From: Candidatus Woesearchaeota archaeon
GTDB taxonomy: Archaea > Nanobdellota > Nanobdellia > Pacearchaeales > GW2011-AR1
Assembly: GCA_964623495.1 (NCBI GenBank)
Contig: CAZUTV010000002.1
Location: 18,789 to 82,788, forward strand
DNA length: 64,000 nucleotides
Direction: 5' to 3'
The notes under the pieces: model-generated
The model's input: the letters and a program-made list of their open reading frames with translations, nothing else
Told to the model about the DNA's origin: nothing
Database searches by the model: none
Made by a program: the position numbers and the translations under genes
In this document: one piece after another, positions 36,733 through 45,470 of the stretch
Position numbering within the stretch: the first letter of the stretch is position 1
Layout of the letters: each line of letters begins with the position of its first letter

Positions 36733-38952
36733 ATGGTCTATAAAGATCCAAGAATACAGGATATTCTGAAAAAATATAGTGCTAGAATAGAATCTCAAAT
36801 TAATACTTCTAACGCTTCTGGAGGCAATTACAGCAACGAGTATTTGAAATTTAAGGAAGAGTTGGCGCCAGACTTAACTAAATATGAGCGGTGGTGCTAT
36901 GGTTTGGGAAGTTTCATCAAACTACAAGTATCAAAGAAAGATCAGGATGAAGTTAGTAAGCACCTGCAAGCTGCGCATTTAGATGTTGAGCCATGGCAGG
37001 CCTTAACTTTGGCGGTTATGGCTTTTTTAGGAATTTTCTTTATTGGATTATTTGGGTCTTTGGGGGTTGCGATAATCAACGGAGGGGGCGAGGGAATAAG
37101 CGGAATAGCTACAAACTTCCCCTTTTTCTTTTTCATCTTAATGTTGATATTGGCTTTGTTTGTTTTTTATTTTGTCAAGGCTTATCCTGCAAGACTTGCC
37201 AATAAGTGGAGACTTAAGGCTTCTTCTCAAATGGTGCCGGCGATACTTTATGTGGTTGTTTATATGAGGCATACCCCTAATTTAGAGAAAGCAGTAGCTT
37301 TTGCCGCAGAGCATTTGCAGGAGCCTCTTTCTTTAGACTTTAAAAAAGTTTTTTATGATGTCGAGATTGGAAAGTTTCCAACCATAAAAGATAGTTTAGA
37401 TAACTATCTTGAGGGCTGGAGGGACTATTCTACAGAGTTTATAGAGGCATTTCATCTAATCGAGAGCAGTCTCTTTGAACTAGATAACTCAAGAAGAATT
37501 GCTACTTTGGAGAAATCTCTGCAGGTGGTTTTAGACGGGGTTTATGATAAAATGCTTAAGTTTACTCACGGTGTGAGAAGCCCTTTGACTAATGTTTACA
37601 TGCTTGGAGTAGTTTTACCAACTCTCGGCCTTGCGTTATTACCTTTGGCCTCTGCAATGATCGGAAAAACATTTACTTGGCATCATGTTTTCATTATTTT
37701 TAATTTAATTGTCCCTTTTGTAGTTTTTTATCTTACGGATAAGATTATGTTTTTAAGGCCTGGAGGATATGGGGAGACTACTCTTTTAGAAAAAAATCCG
37801 TTTTATTATCAGTACAAAGATAACTCCCACTACTTTAATGCTTTTTTGATTTGTCTGCCATTTTTTATTATTGGATTATTGCCTTTGATCTTTCAGTTTA
37901 CCCCTATCCCTGATGTGCTGGGTTTGGAAAAGGATTATACTTTCTCAAAATTGGGATTGGGTTTCCTAGGTGAAGATCAGAAACTCTTTGGTTTTGAGGT
38001 AGATGAAGACGGGAGTACTGTCGGTCCTTTCGGGATTGGAGCATTAATCTTAGGAATGTTTCTTCCTTTAGGAATTGCCCTCTTTTTTTCTATTGCGTAT
38101 CAAGATAAAACAAGGATTATCATTGTTGAAAGAGAAAAAACAAAGCAACTTGAAGACGAATTTAATAATTCTTTATTCCAGCTTGGAAATAGGATTGGGA
38201 ATGGGGCTCCGCCGGAATTAGCTTTTGGGATGGTTGCGGGTTCTTCAAAAGGGCTTGTTACTGAGGAATTCTTTCAAAGAGTGAATTACAATGTCAAGCA
38301 AATGGGAATGGACGTTGATAAAGCGATATTTGATCAAAAAAGAGGAGCTTTAATCTACTTTCCCTCTGATCTTATTGCAACAAGTATGAGGGTATTAATT
38401 GAGTCTGCAAAAAAAGGATTAAACATCGCTGCAACAAGTCTTATGAGCATCTCCCAATATGTTAAGAATATCCAAAAAATAACAGTTCGGCTTAAGGACA
38501 TGCTTGCGGAAATTGTTTCTGATATGAAAAGCAATATGACTTTTTTAGCCCCTTTGCTCGCAGGAATTGTTGTTGGACTTGCAGCAATGATTACATCCAT
38601 ACTTACAACTTTGGAAAAACTTAATGTGAGTGGAGAGAGTATAGATATCGGGTTTACGAGTCTTCCAGAGCTGGTGAAGTTCTTTGAAGTTAATGCAATG
38701 GTCCCTCCGTATTACTTACAGATAATTGTGGGAATCTATCTCATACAGATAATTTTCATTTTAAGTAGGACTCTCGTTACTATTGATTCAGGAGAGGATA
38801 AGCTTGAGAGAGTAAACAAAACAGGAAAGAATCTTCAAGGGGGGATTGTTCTTTATTTCTTTACGGCACTATTTGCAACCTTTGCATTATTCCTTCTGAC
38901 TGCTTTTGTCCTGGCAGGATTAACCTCTGGTTTGATTTTGCCATTTATCTAA
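36733..38952 (+). CDS. Type IV pilus membrane platform protein (TadC/PilC-like)
   Basis: Two cytoplasmic T2SSF-like domains with TM bundles, downstream of the ATPase. Confidence 0.8.
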   Translation: MVYKDPRIQDILKKYSARIESQINTSNASGGNYSNEYLKFKEELAPDLTKYERWCYGLGSFIKLQVSKKDQDEVSKHLQAAHLDVEPWQALTLAVMAFLGIFFIGLFGSLGVAIINGGGEGISGIATNFPFFFFILMLILALFVFYFVKAYPARLANKWRLKASSQMVPAILYVVVYMRHTPNLEKAVAFAAEHLQEPLSLDFKKVFYDVEIGKFPTIKDSLDNYLEGWRDYSTEFIEAFHLIESSLFELDNSRRIATLEKSLQVVLDGVYDKMLKFTHGVRSPLTNVYMLGVVLPTLGLALLPLASAMIGKTFTWHHVFIIFNLIVPFVVFYLTDKIMFLRPGGYGETTLLEKNPFYYQYKDNSHYFNAFLICLPFFIIGLLPLIFQFTPIPDVLGLEKDYTFSKLGLGFLGEDQKLFGFEVDEDGSTVGPFGIGALILGMFLPLGIALFFSIAYQDKTRIIIVEREKTKQLEDEFNNSLFQLGNRIGNGAPPELAFGMVAGSSKGLVTEEFFQRVNYNVKQMGMDVDKAIFDQKRGALIYFPSDLIATSMRVLIESAKKGLNIAATSLMSISQYVKNIQKITVRLKDMLAEIVSDMKSNMTFLAPLLAGIVVGLAAMITSILTTLEKLNVSGESIDIGFTSLPELVKFFEVNAMVPPYYLQIIVGIYLIQIIFILSRTLVTIDSGEDKLERVNKTGKNLQGGIVLYFFTALFATFALFLLTAFVLAGLTSGLILPFI

Positions 38953-38988
38953 AGCTAGGTTTATAAAGTTCTCTGAATTCTTGTTTTT

Positions 38989-39147
38989 ATGAAAGAAAGG
39001 GGCAATAAAAAAGGCGTTATTACCGAATATCTGCCTTGGATACTCATTGCTTTGGCAGTTTTGGCAATATTAGTTATATCTGCTTTAATCTTAAAAGAAA
39101 AGGGAATAGATATTATTCAGAAAATAAAAGACCTTTTTAGGAGTTAA
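38989..39147 (+). CDS. Small pilin-like protein (class III signal peptide)
   Basis: Not in the track. MKERGNKKG|VITEYLPWILIALAVLAILVISALIL... Confidence 0.75.
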   Translation: MKERGNKKGVITEYLPWILIALAVLAILVISALILKEKGIDIIQKIKDLFRS

Positions 39148-39170
39148 AAAAGAAGATGATAAAGCAAAAG

Positions 39171-39217
39171 ACTCATCGCTTCATTTTAAATACAAAAAGG
39201 GAAAATGAAAGATGAGT
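39171..39217 (+). repeat. Hairpin/mini-ORF element (family A), best-formed copy
   Basis: ACTCATC-GC-TTCATTTT-AAATACAAAAAGGG-AAAATGAA-A-GATGAGT forms two nested stems. Mini-ORF 39156-39215 reads MIKQKTHRFILNTKRENER*. Confidence 0.85.
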
Positions 39218-39373
39218 GAGTTAACTATAGAACAGCTTATAAAAATAATAATCGGGATTTTAGTTGTTGTTGCTGTTGTTCTTGGGATTTATATGTTCTT
39301 TAGGGACCAGGTTTGGTCTTTCTTTAAAAATATCTTTGGGGGAGAGGAAAAATTAATTTTAGCATTAAGATGA
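39212..39373 (+). CDS. Small pilin-like protein lacking its basic leader
   Basis: Not in the track. MSELTIEQLIKIIIGILVVVAVVLGIYMFF... Confidence 0.7.
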   Translation: MSELTIEQLIKIIIGILVVVAVVLGIYMFFRDQVWSFFKNIFGGEEKLILALR

Positions 39374-39384
39374 AAAGTCACGAA

Positions 39385-39432
39385 ACTTATCGCTTCATTT
39401 TAAATACAAAAAAGGGAAATGGAAGAAGATGA
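39385..39432 (+). repeat. Hairpin/mini-ORF element (family A), second copy
   Basis: ACTTATCGCTTCATTTTAAATACAAAAAAGGGAAATGGAAGAAGATGA. Mini-ORF 39370-39432 reads MKSHETYRFILNTKKGNGRR*. Confidence 0.85.
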
Positions 39433-39878
39433 CAAAGCAAAAGCGCGGAGGAGTTTTTTTGTTGGAAGAAACATTGCGAATACTAATCGCCGCTTTGATT
39501 ATTGGGGGGTTGTTCTACATACTTATCTCATTGTATATCTCAAATGCAAATAAAAAAGCTTTGGATCAGGCCGAGTCGACTCTTAACTACATTCTTCAAG
39601 AAGCCAATGCCGGCAACACCACTCTTGAGGTTTATAATCCTAAGGGATGGTATCTCTTAAGCTGGCCACATGAAGTTAGAAAAAGATTGGAGATGCCAAA
39701 GTCCTGTTCTAATCTTGGTTGGGTTAAATGTTTATGCATCTGTGAAGAAGAAGGGGGGGACGAATGTGACGAGCTCGGGAAATGTGTTGAGAGCAGCTTG
39801 GGTGTAAGGGGATATAAAATAGAAATAAAGCCCCCGATGGTCTTGGAAATTAAAAGCAATGTTATTGAAATAAAATGA
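39429..39878 (+). CDS. Pilin-like protein
   Basis: MTKQKRG leader, hydrophobic helix and Cys-rich head. Confidence 0.75.
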   Translation: MTKQKRGGVFLLEETLRILIAALIIGGLFYILISLYISNANKKALDQAESTLNYILQEANAGNTTLEVYNPKGWYLLSWPHEVRKRLEMPKSCSNLGWVKCLCICEEEGGDECDELGKCVESSLGVRGYKIEIKPPMVLEIKSNVIEIK

Positions 39879-39976
39879 ATTTAGATGATATTTTGAAGTA
39901 TGCGTCTTGGATAGCTTTTTTTATAGTAGCCTTTTTAGGCATTTATCTGCTGATGAAAGGTATAGGGGTACTTTAA
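39875..39976 (+). CDS. 33-aa single-TM peptide in the pilin operon
   Basis: Not in the track. MNLDDILKYASWIAFFIVAFLGIYLLMKGIGVL*, with ATGA and TAAATG coupling on its two sides. Confidence 0.55.
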   Translation: MNLDDILKYASWIAFFIVAFLGIYLLMKGIGVL

Positions 39977-40723
39977 ATGAAAATTTCGATTGCCAAAAAA
40001 GCTGAGATGACGACGGCACAAATAGTTGAAGTGACTTTTGCAATTTTGAGCTTTGGAGTCATCATGATAGTTCTTTTTTTCTTAAATCCTGCAGAGGTAG
40101 AGGCAAAAGAGCTCTGTCATCATTCTGTCCTCTCAAATTCTCGATCTATTGGATTAGCTGGGCCATTAGATTGTAAAACAAGTTATGTTTGTATTTCTGC
40201 AGGGGAAAACTGCGAAGGGTTTAATTCTGAAACCAGCAGGCAGATAAACTTAAAGGGAAGCGAGAAGGAGAAAAAGGACGCGGTTATGGAAGCAATTGCA
40301 GAAGAGATGGGCGATTGTTGGTGGATGTTTGGAGAAGGAAAAGTTGATTACGGGAAAAATTTCGGTACCTCTTTAAAATGTTCTATATGCTCGATAATTA
40401 AATTTGACTCCAGTATTACGAGCGAGTTTTCTAAGATAAGTTATATGGACCTTTATGCTTATCTGGAAGAAGCTCAAAAAGACAAGGAGCAAACATATTT
40501 GGAATATCTTTATGGAGTCAAGATACTTAGGTCTCTAAAAATTCCTAGTGAGTTTAGCATTAACATAAATAAAGATGAGATAAATACTAGCGAGAGATAT
40601 TCGATAATCACCGGAATTGATGATAACTTTTTTTTAAGCGATGAACTGATGGAGGTTGTCATAGTTCCAACCAAGAAGACAAGCTCTTTGGTTAAATGCG
40701 GGGAATTTTTAACTAGGGCCTAA
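39977..40723 (+). CDS. Pilin-like protein
   Basis: KKA|EMTTAQIV class III signal peptide; Cys-rich domain (CWWMFGEG). Confidence 0.75.
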   Translation: MKISIAKKAEMTTAQIVEVTFAILSFGVIMIVLFFLNPAEVEAKELCHHSVLSNSRSIGLAGPLDCKTSYVCISAGENCEGFNSETSRQINLKGSEKEKKDAVMEAIAEEMGDCWWMFGEGKVDYGKNFGTSLKCSICSIIKFDSSITSEFSKISYMDLYAYLEEAQKDKEQTYLEYLYGVKILRSLKIPSEFSININKDEINTSERYSIITGIDDNFFLSDELMEVVIVPTKKTSSLVKCGEFLTRA

Positions 40724-40724
40724 A

Positions 40725-41114
40725 ATGATTTCAAGGAAAGCAAATATTTTGCAGGAAAATCTTGTATTCTCTCTACTTAATTTTGCTTTTTTCGCTATAT
40801 TGATTGTCTTTATTTATTCTAGGACCGGAGATCCTTCTATATTAGAAGAGAAATATTCTAAGCAAATTGCGATGATGATTGATGCCGCTAAGCCAGGAAT
40901 GCTTATTTCTTTTGATATGAAAGAAGTCTTAGACGCCTCAAAAAAGCAGAATTGGGAGAGGGATAAAATAGTTAGCTTTGAGGGCAATTCTATTAGGGTT
41001 CAGCTTAAGAAAGATGGAGGATATACATATCATTTTTTTAATGATGTATCTCCTGTTGCCGATCTTCTTCCTAATGGGATATTAGAAATTAAAATAAAGG
41101 ATAAAAGTAAATGA
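40725..41114 (+). CDS. Pilin-like protein
   Basis: RKA|NILQENLVF followed by a hydrophobic helix. Confidence 0.7.
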   Translation: MISRKANILQENLVFSLLNFAFFAILIVFIYSRTGDPSILEEKYSKQIAMMIDAAKPGMLISFDMKEVLDASKKQNWERDKIVSFEGNSIRVQLKKDGGYTYHFFNDVSPVADLLPNGILEIKIKDKSK

Positions 41115-41584
41115 AAAATAAGAAAGGGACAGATAAGATACTCTCGATTTATTGGTTTACCATCTTAGTAATTTCAGCCCTGGCTATTGTTTATATGGTG
41201 GCAATCTTTTACGGGAGGCCTTATGATGTAAGGGCTATAGAGGGCAATTTACTCCTGAATAAAGTTTCTGAGTGTTTAATGAATGGAAGTTATCTTAGAG
41301 CAGATTTTCAAGATCAGGAATTCAAGGACCATTTTTTAGACGAATGTAACCTAACTTTTAAAACAGAGGATTCTTTTGGGTGGAGAGACGATCAGTATTA
41401 CATTTCCCTTCCTGGTCTCGGAATTTCTGCAGGAAATGAAAACCTTGCTTTTATCTGCTCTTCAGATTTGAACAATAATCCTTTCTGCATCGAGAAGACC
41501 TTTTATGCTCTAAGCCAGAACAAGTCAAACTTTACTTTAAGTCTTTTTGTTTCTGTAAGAAAAACAGAAAAAAATTTCAGATGA
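41111..41584 (+). CDS. Pilin-like protein
   Basis: KKG|TDKILSIYWF followed by a hydrophobic helix. Confidence 0.7.
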   Translation: MKNKKGTDKILSIYWFTILVISALAIVYMVAIFYGRPYDVRAIEGNLLLNKVSECLMNGSYLRADFQDQEFKDHFLDECNLTFKTEDSFGWRDDQYYISLPGLGISAGNENLAFICSSDLNNNPFCIEKTFYALSQNKSNFTLSLFVSVRKTEKNFR

Positions 41585-42123
41585 TGAAGAGAAACGCACA
41601 AATAGGATCAGGGATCACTTGGATAGTAGCAACTTTCGTTATTCTTGTGATTCTTGCAGGAGGGATTTTTATGGCCCAGGGGTTTGGAAAAACAAAATCT
41701 CTTTTGGGATGGGAAAAAAATAGCGTTTATATGAAGATTTCAGATAGGACGTTAGAAATTTCCATTAATTCTTATTTGTTGACTGAAGGGACTGATGGAA
41801 AAACCTTTTATGACAGAATAAGAAACGGGGGCAATTTAGATTCCGTTAATGGAGAGGCTGCCCAGAAAATTTTTTCAAATTCTAGCTGGAAAGAGTATTC
41901 CAGAATCTGGGTCGGGGTTAGTTCTGCCCCTGGGGATCAGTTTGTTGGAAAAGACAACCCTTTTTTCGGGGGAAAACCAAGGAATCCTGTTATTGGAGAT
42001 CCTGCATTAGGAGATTTGGAGTTAATTCCTGGATTAACTTACATCTCAAGTTCTAGGTGGCTTAAGGATAAAGATTTTTTTCAAGTATTTTCAAATAAGA
42101 AATTAAATTTTGGAAACCCTTAA
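41581..42123 (+). CDS. Pilin-like protein
   Basis: KRNA|QIGSGITWIVATFVILVIL. Confidence 0.7.
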   Translation: MMKRNAQIGSGITWIVATFVILVILAGGIFMAQGFGKTKSLLGWEKNSVYMKISDRTLEISINSYLLTEGTDGKTFYDRIRNGGNLDSVNGEAAQKIFSNSSWKEYSRIWVGVSSAPGDQFVGKDNPFFGGKPRNPVIGDPALGDLELIPGLTYISSSRWLKDKDFFQVFSNKKLNFGNP

Positions 42124-42444
42124 ATGAAAGAAGTTTTCAACTCAAAAAAAGCAGATATTCCTGTAATGATCTTAGTTATAGGGATATTGGCCGTTACCGC
42201 AGTCGCCATACTCAGTTTTATTTTTGTAATTAATAAATACTCCAAGTCTTTTTCAGGATATGAGTTTGTTGAAGAAGCAAATTCAAGAATTGATAAATAT
42301 TACTTTTACAAAAATGCAGGTTTGTCTACAAATAGTATAGATTCCCTGTTGGGTCTAAACTTTGACAGAAATAGTGGAAAAAGATATATTAAAATCGGCA
42401 AAAGCGATGACAGCATTTCGGTTGTCTATGTTCTTCCGGATTAA
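42124..42444 (+). CDS. Pilin-like protein
   Basis: KKA|DIPVMILVIGILAV. Confidence 0.7.
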   Translation: MKEVFNSKKADIPVMILVIGILAVTAVAILSFIFVINKYSKSFSGYEFVEEANSRIDKYYFYKNAGLSTNSIDSLLGLNFDRNSGKRYIKIGKSDDSISVVYVLPD

Positions 42445-42482
42445 ATGAAAACCTTTTTAAACACAAGTATATTCTTTTATCT

Positions 42483-42809
42483 ATGATGAATAAAAAGGGG
42501 CAGGAGATGTCTACTAATACAATCATTTTGATTATTTTGGGATTGATTATTCTCGTTATTCTTGCCCTTGGATTTAGTCTTGGGTGGGATAAAATTCTCC
42601 CATTCATTAAGCAGGATAATAATGTTAAAGAAGTTGTGAGCGCCTGTCAGATAGCCTGTACACAACAAAGTGTTTATGATTTTTGCACAAAGAAACTGGA
42701 CTTGAAGGTTGGTAAAGGCACCTTTAAGGAATCCTGCACAGAATTTGCAGCAAACCCAGATTATGGAGAGTATGGGATTGCAACGTGCCCTGGATTGCCT
42801 TGTCCTTGA
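42483..42809 (+). CDS. Pilin-like protein with its own promoter (candidate major pilin)
   Basis: KKG|QEMSTNTIILIILGLII; TTTTTAAA about 25 bp upstream; 6 Cys. Confidence 0.75.
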   Translation: MMNKKGQEMSTNTIILIILGLIILVILALGFSLGWDKILPFIKQDNNVKEVVSACQIACTQQSVYDFCTKKLDLKVGKGTFKESCTEFAANPDYGEYGIATCPGLPCP

Positions 42810-42898
42810 TTTTTTGGTTTGATTAATTAACTTCTAGCATATTAATTGCGAGCTTTAGCGAGCCAAATATATTTAAACTTTTTTTTGCTTAATGAAAC

Positions 42899-43006
42899 AT
42901 GGATTACGGATTTTCTGATAGAAGGAACAAAGGGAAGGATAAGAAAAAGAATAGAAAGAAGCACCCGTATCGAAAAGGGGGAGCAAAGAGAAGCTTGGAA
43001 TTTTGA
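42899..43006 (+). CDS. Small highly basic peptide (35 aa)
   Basis: Not in the track. MDYGFSDRRNKGKDKKKNRKKHPYRKGGAKRSLEF*; TTTAAA box about 25 bp upstream. Confidence 0.5.
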   Translation: MDYGFSDRRNKGKDKKKNRKKHPYRKGGAKRSLEF

Positions 43007-43047
43007 TTTCTAGTTAAATTAATAAACAATTTCTTCTTAAATATAAA

Positions 43048-43887
43048 ATGGTTCAAGGGGTGATCTTTTTAGTTGTTATTGGTTTGCTTTGGGTTTGTTT
43101 TGCAAGCATACAGGATCTTAGGAAAAGAGAGGTTGCAAATTGGATTAGCTTTTCGTTAATTGTTTTTGCGCTTGGGTTTAGGTTCTTTTATTCTTTATTC
43201 GATGAAACGTGGGGCTTTTTCCTTCAAGGACTTATTGGGTTTGGGATATTCTTTGCTTTGGGAAATTTAATGTACTATGGAAGATTATTTGCCGGAGGAG
43301 ACGCGAAGCTTATGATCGCTCTTGGAGCTGTTTTGCCGTTTTCACTAAGCTTTTATTCTAATCTTAAGGTGTTTTTTCTTTTTTTAATCTTATTTTTGTT
43401 TGTGGGAGCAGTTTACGGTGTTGTCAGCGCTGTTTTTCTTAGCCTGAAAAATTTTAATAGCTTTAAGAATGGGTTTTTCAAAATTTGGAAGGAGAAAAAA
43501 AGGCTCTCTTATCTTATAATGGTTTTGGGGTTGGTTTTTATGGTTTTGGGATTTTTACAAAGTGTCTTTTTATACTTTGGAGTATTGGTTTTTGTTTTTC
43601 CCTACCTTTATTACTATGCTAAAGCCGTCGATGAATTTTGCATGGTTAAGAATACCAAGGTTTCTGCGTTAACAGAAGGGGATTGGCTTTATGGGAGAAT
43701 TAAGGTCGGAAAAAAACTTATTGGGCCTAGCTGGGAAGGGCTTAATTCTAAGGACATTCAACTTATAAAGAAAAAATATAAGTATGTGAAGATAAAACAA
43801 GGAATTCCGTTTGTTCCTGTTTTCTTTATAGCGTTTTTAATACTTGTCTATCTCTGGTTTAGCGGATTATGGAATGCGTTTTGGTAG
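43048..43887 (+). CDS. Prepilin peptidase (A24, PibD/FlaK-like)
   Basis: SIQDLRKREVANW and GGDAKL catalytic Asp motifs; C-terminal GIPFVP. Confidence 0.88.
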   Translation: MVQGVIFLVVIGLLWVCFASIQDLRKREVANWISFSLIVFALGFRFFYSLFDETWGFFLQGLIGFGIFFALGNLMYYGRLFAGGDAKLMIALGAVLPFSLSFYSNLKVFFLFLILFLFVGAVYGVVSAVFLSLKNFNSFKNGFFKIWKEKKRLSYLIMVLGLVFMVLGFLQSVFLYFGVLVFVFPYLYYYAKAVDEFCMVKNTKVSALTEGDWLYGRIKVGKKLIGPSWEGLNSKDIQLIKKKYKYVKIKQGIPFVPVFFIAFLILVYLWFSGLWNAFW

Positions 43888-44481
43888 CCAGGTGTTTTTG
43901 CTTGTGATTCTCTGTTTTTTTGGTTTAGATTCTTTAGGTTTCTCCTCTTCTTTTGGCTTTTCTTCATACTCTTGAATTTTCTTTAGAAGGTCCTGAAGCT
44001 CTTCCGGATTTGCTTTGCTTTTTGGAGAGTCGATAGTCTCGTCTTTGTATACTGGAATGATATTGATTATTTCGTGGCCGAAGAGATCTGCGGCCTCAAC
44101 GAGAATGTTTTTTGGCTTTAATAATGACTTTAACTTAGAGGAAATTTTTTCGGTTAATTCAAATGGCTTCTTTGTTATGTCTTGGGTGTGTTCTTTTGGA
44201 ATTATTAGCGAATGGCCCCTTGATACGGGGTTTATTTCTAGGACTGCAATAGCTTTTTCATCTTCGTTAATGATGTAGGATGGGAGCTCTTTCTTTACTA
44301 TTGAACAGAAAATGCAAGATTGATTTTTTATGAGGTTGTTTTTTATTAAATACTCCTCTAGTTCTTGGGGATTCATTTCCTCTATTGTGTCTTTTAGAAG
44401 TTTCCTTTTCTCTTCTGGAAGATTCTCTAACTGCTGAAAGAGTTGTTTTTTTATGTTTTCTGCTTGCTGTGCGGATAACAT
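43867..44481 (-). CDS. HIT-domain protein with an N-terminal extension and no histidine triad
   Basis: CIFCSIV, LEINPVSRGHSLIIPKEH; the triad is replaced by GHEIINII. Confidence 0.75.
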   Translation of the reverse strand: MLSAQQAENIKKQLFQQLENLPEEKRKLLKDTIEEMNPQELEEYLIKNNLIKNQSCIFCSIVKKELPSYIINEDEKAIAVLEINPVSRGHSLIIPKEHTQDITKKPFELTEKISSKLKSLLKPKNILVEAADLFGHEIINIIPVYKDETIDSPKSKANPEELQDLLKKIQEYEEKPKEEEKPKESKPKKQRITSKNTWLPKRIP

Positions 44482-44541
44482 CTCAAAATAAAGAAAGAAA
44501 TGCTTATAAACTTGTTTAACCTAATCCTCGTGGAGGTTAAA

Positions 44542-44715
44542 ATGGGATTTGGAGGATTGATTGTGGCTGCAGTTGGCGCTGTTCTTGCTTATTTTAGCTA
44601 CAAAGGGGATATGCTTGTTATAGAGGGGTCTAATTATACACAGTATCTTTTTTGGGCAGGAATTGTTTTAGTGGTTTTGGGATTACTCTCTTTTTTTATA
44701 AGAAGCAGGAGATAG
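44542..44715 (+). CDS. Small 2-TM protein
   Basis: GGAGG Shine-Dalgarno before the ATG at 44542; two hydrophobic helices. Confidence 0.55.
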   Translation: MGFGGLIVAAVGAVLAYFSYKGDMLVIEGSNYTQYLFWAGIVLVVLGLLSFFIRSRR

Positions 44716-44799
44716 TGGTTTATCCATTGGTGTTATGATTCTAAGCGTAGTAATCTTCTTGATAGGGGTAATGGGTTTTTTCATAAACGCAGAAGATAG

Positions 44800-45084
44800 T
44801 TAAGCAATTTTCCTCATATCAATGACTTGAACAGAGTTTACATCCTTAATTTTTCCTAATTCTTCTTCAAATTCTTCTAATGGAGATTCTTCTGGCCACT
44901 CAAAGAAAGCAATCAATGCTTTAAGCCCAAATGCGACTGGTTCTATAATATACTCTCTATTATATCCCTTGTTTTTTTCTACTAGGTCCTTTACTTCTTC
45001 TTCTATTTTATTTAAGTTTATGCTTGGAGAGGTTGGCATAATCTTTATCTTTACCCCCATAATGCCGCCAGTATTTTTTGTCAT
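44800..45084 (-). CDS. ef1b: Translation elongation factor 1-beta (aEF-1B)
   Basis: IKIMPTSPSINL, EPVAFGLKAL and VNSVQV. Confidence 0.9.
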   Translation of the reverse strand: MTKNTGGIMGVKIKIMPTSPSINLNKIEEEVKDLVEKNKGYNREYIIEPVAFGLKALIAFFEWPEESPLEEFEEELGKIKDVNSVQVIDMRKIA

Positions 45085-45134
45085 ATTAAGATTTATTTAG
45101 AAGGGTTTATAAATTCTTAGTTTGTTTATTAATT

Positions 45135-45470
45135 ATGGCCTTGGTTTTAGCGGGTTTGTTGGTGATTTTATTTCTTATTTTAATTGGGGTTTTATGCTTT
45201 GTCTTCTGGCTTTTAATGTTAATTGATTCTATTACGAGGAAGTTTAAGGATAGCAGTGATAAAATAATCTGGGTTTTGGTGACTATTCTTGTAGGGATTA
45301 TTGGCGCTTTGATTTATTATTTTGTTGTTTACAATAAAGATCCAAAGAAATCTATGAAATGGTTTTGGTGGACTTTGCTCGTTTTAATTATCTTAGTAAT
45401 TCTTTCTGTGATCCTATTTGTATTAGTTAGTTCTCCTGCAGAATTTGGCCAGTTAAAGGGTATAGGGTAG
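45135..45470 (+). CDS. PLDc N-terminal-like membrane protein
   Basis: FWLLMLIDS...KIIWVLV...GIIGALIYYF. Confidence 0.7.
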   Translation: MALVLAGLLVILFLILIGVLCFVFWLLMLIDSITRKFKDSSDKIIWVLVTILVGIIGALIYYFVVYNKDPKKSMKWFWWTLLVLIILVILSVILFVLVSSPAEFGQLKGIG

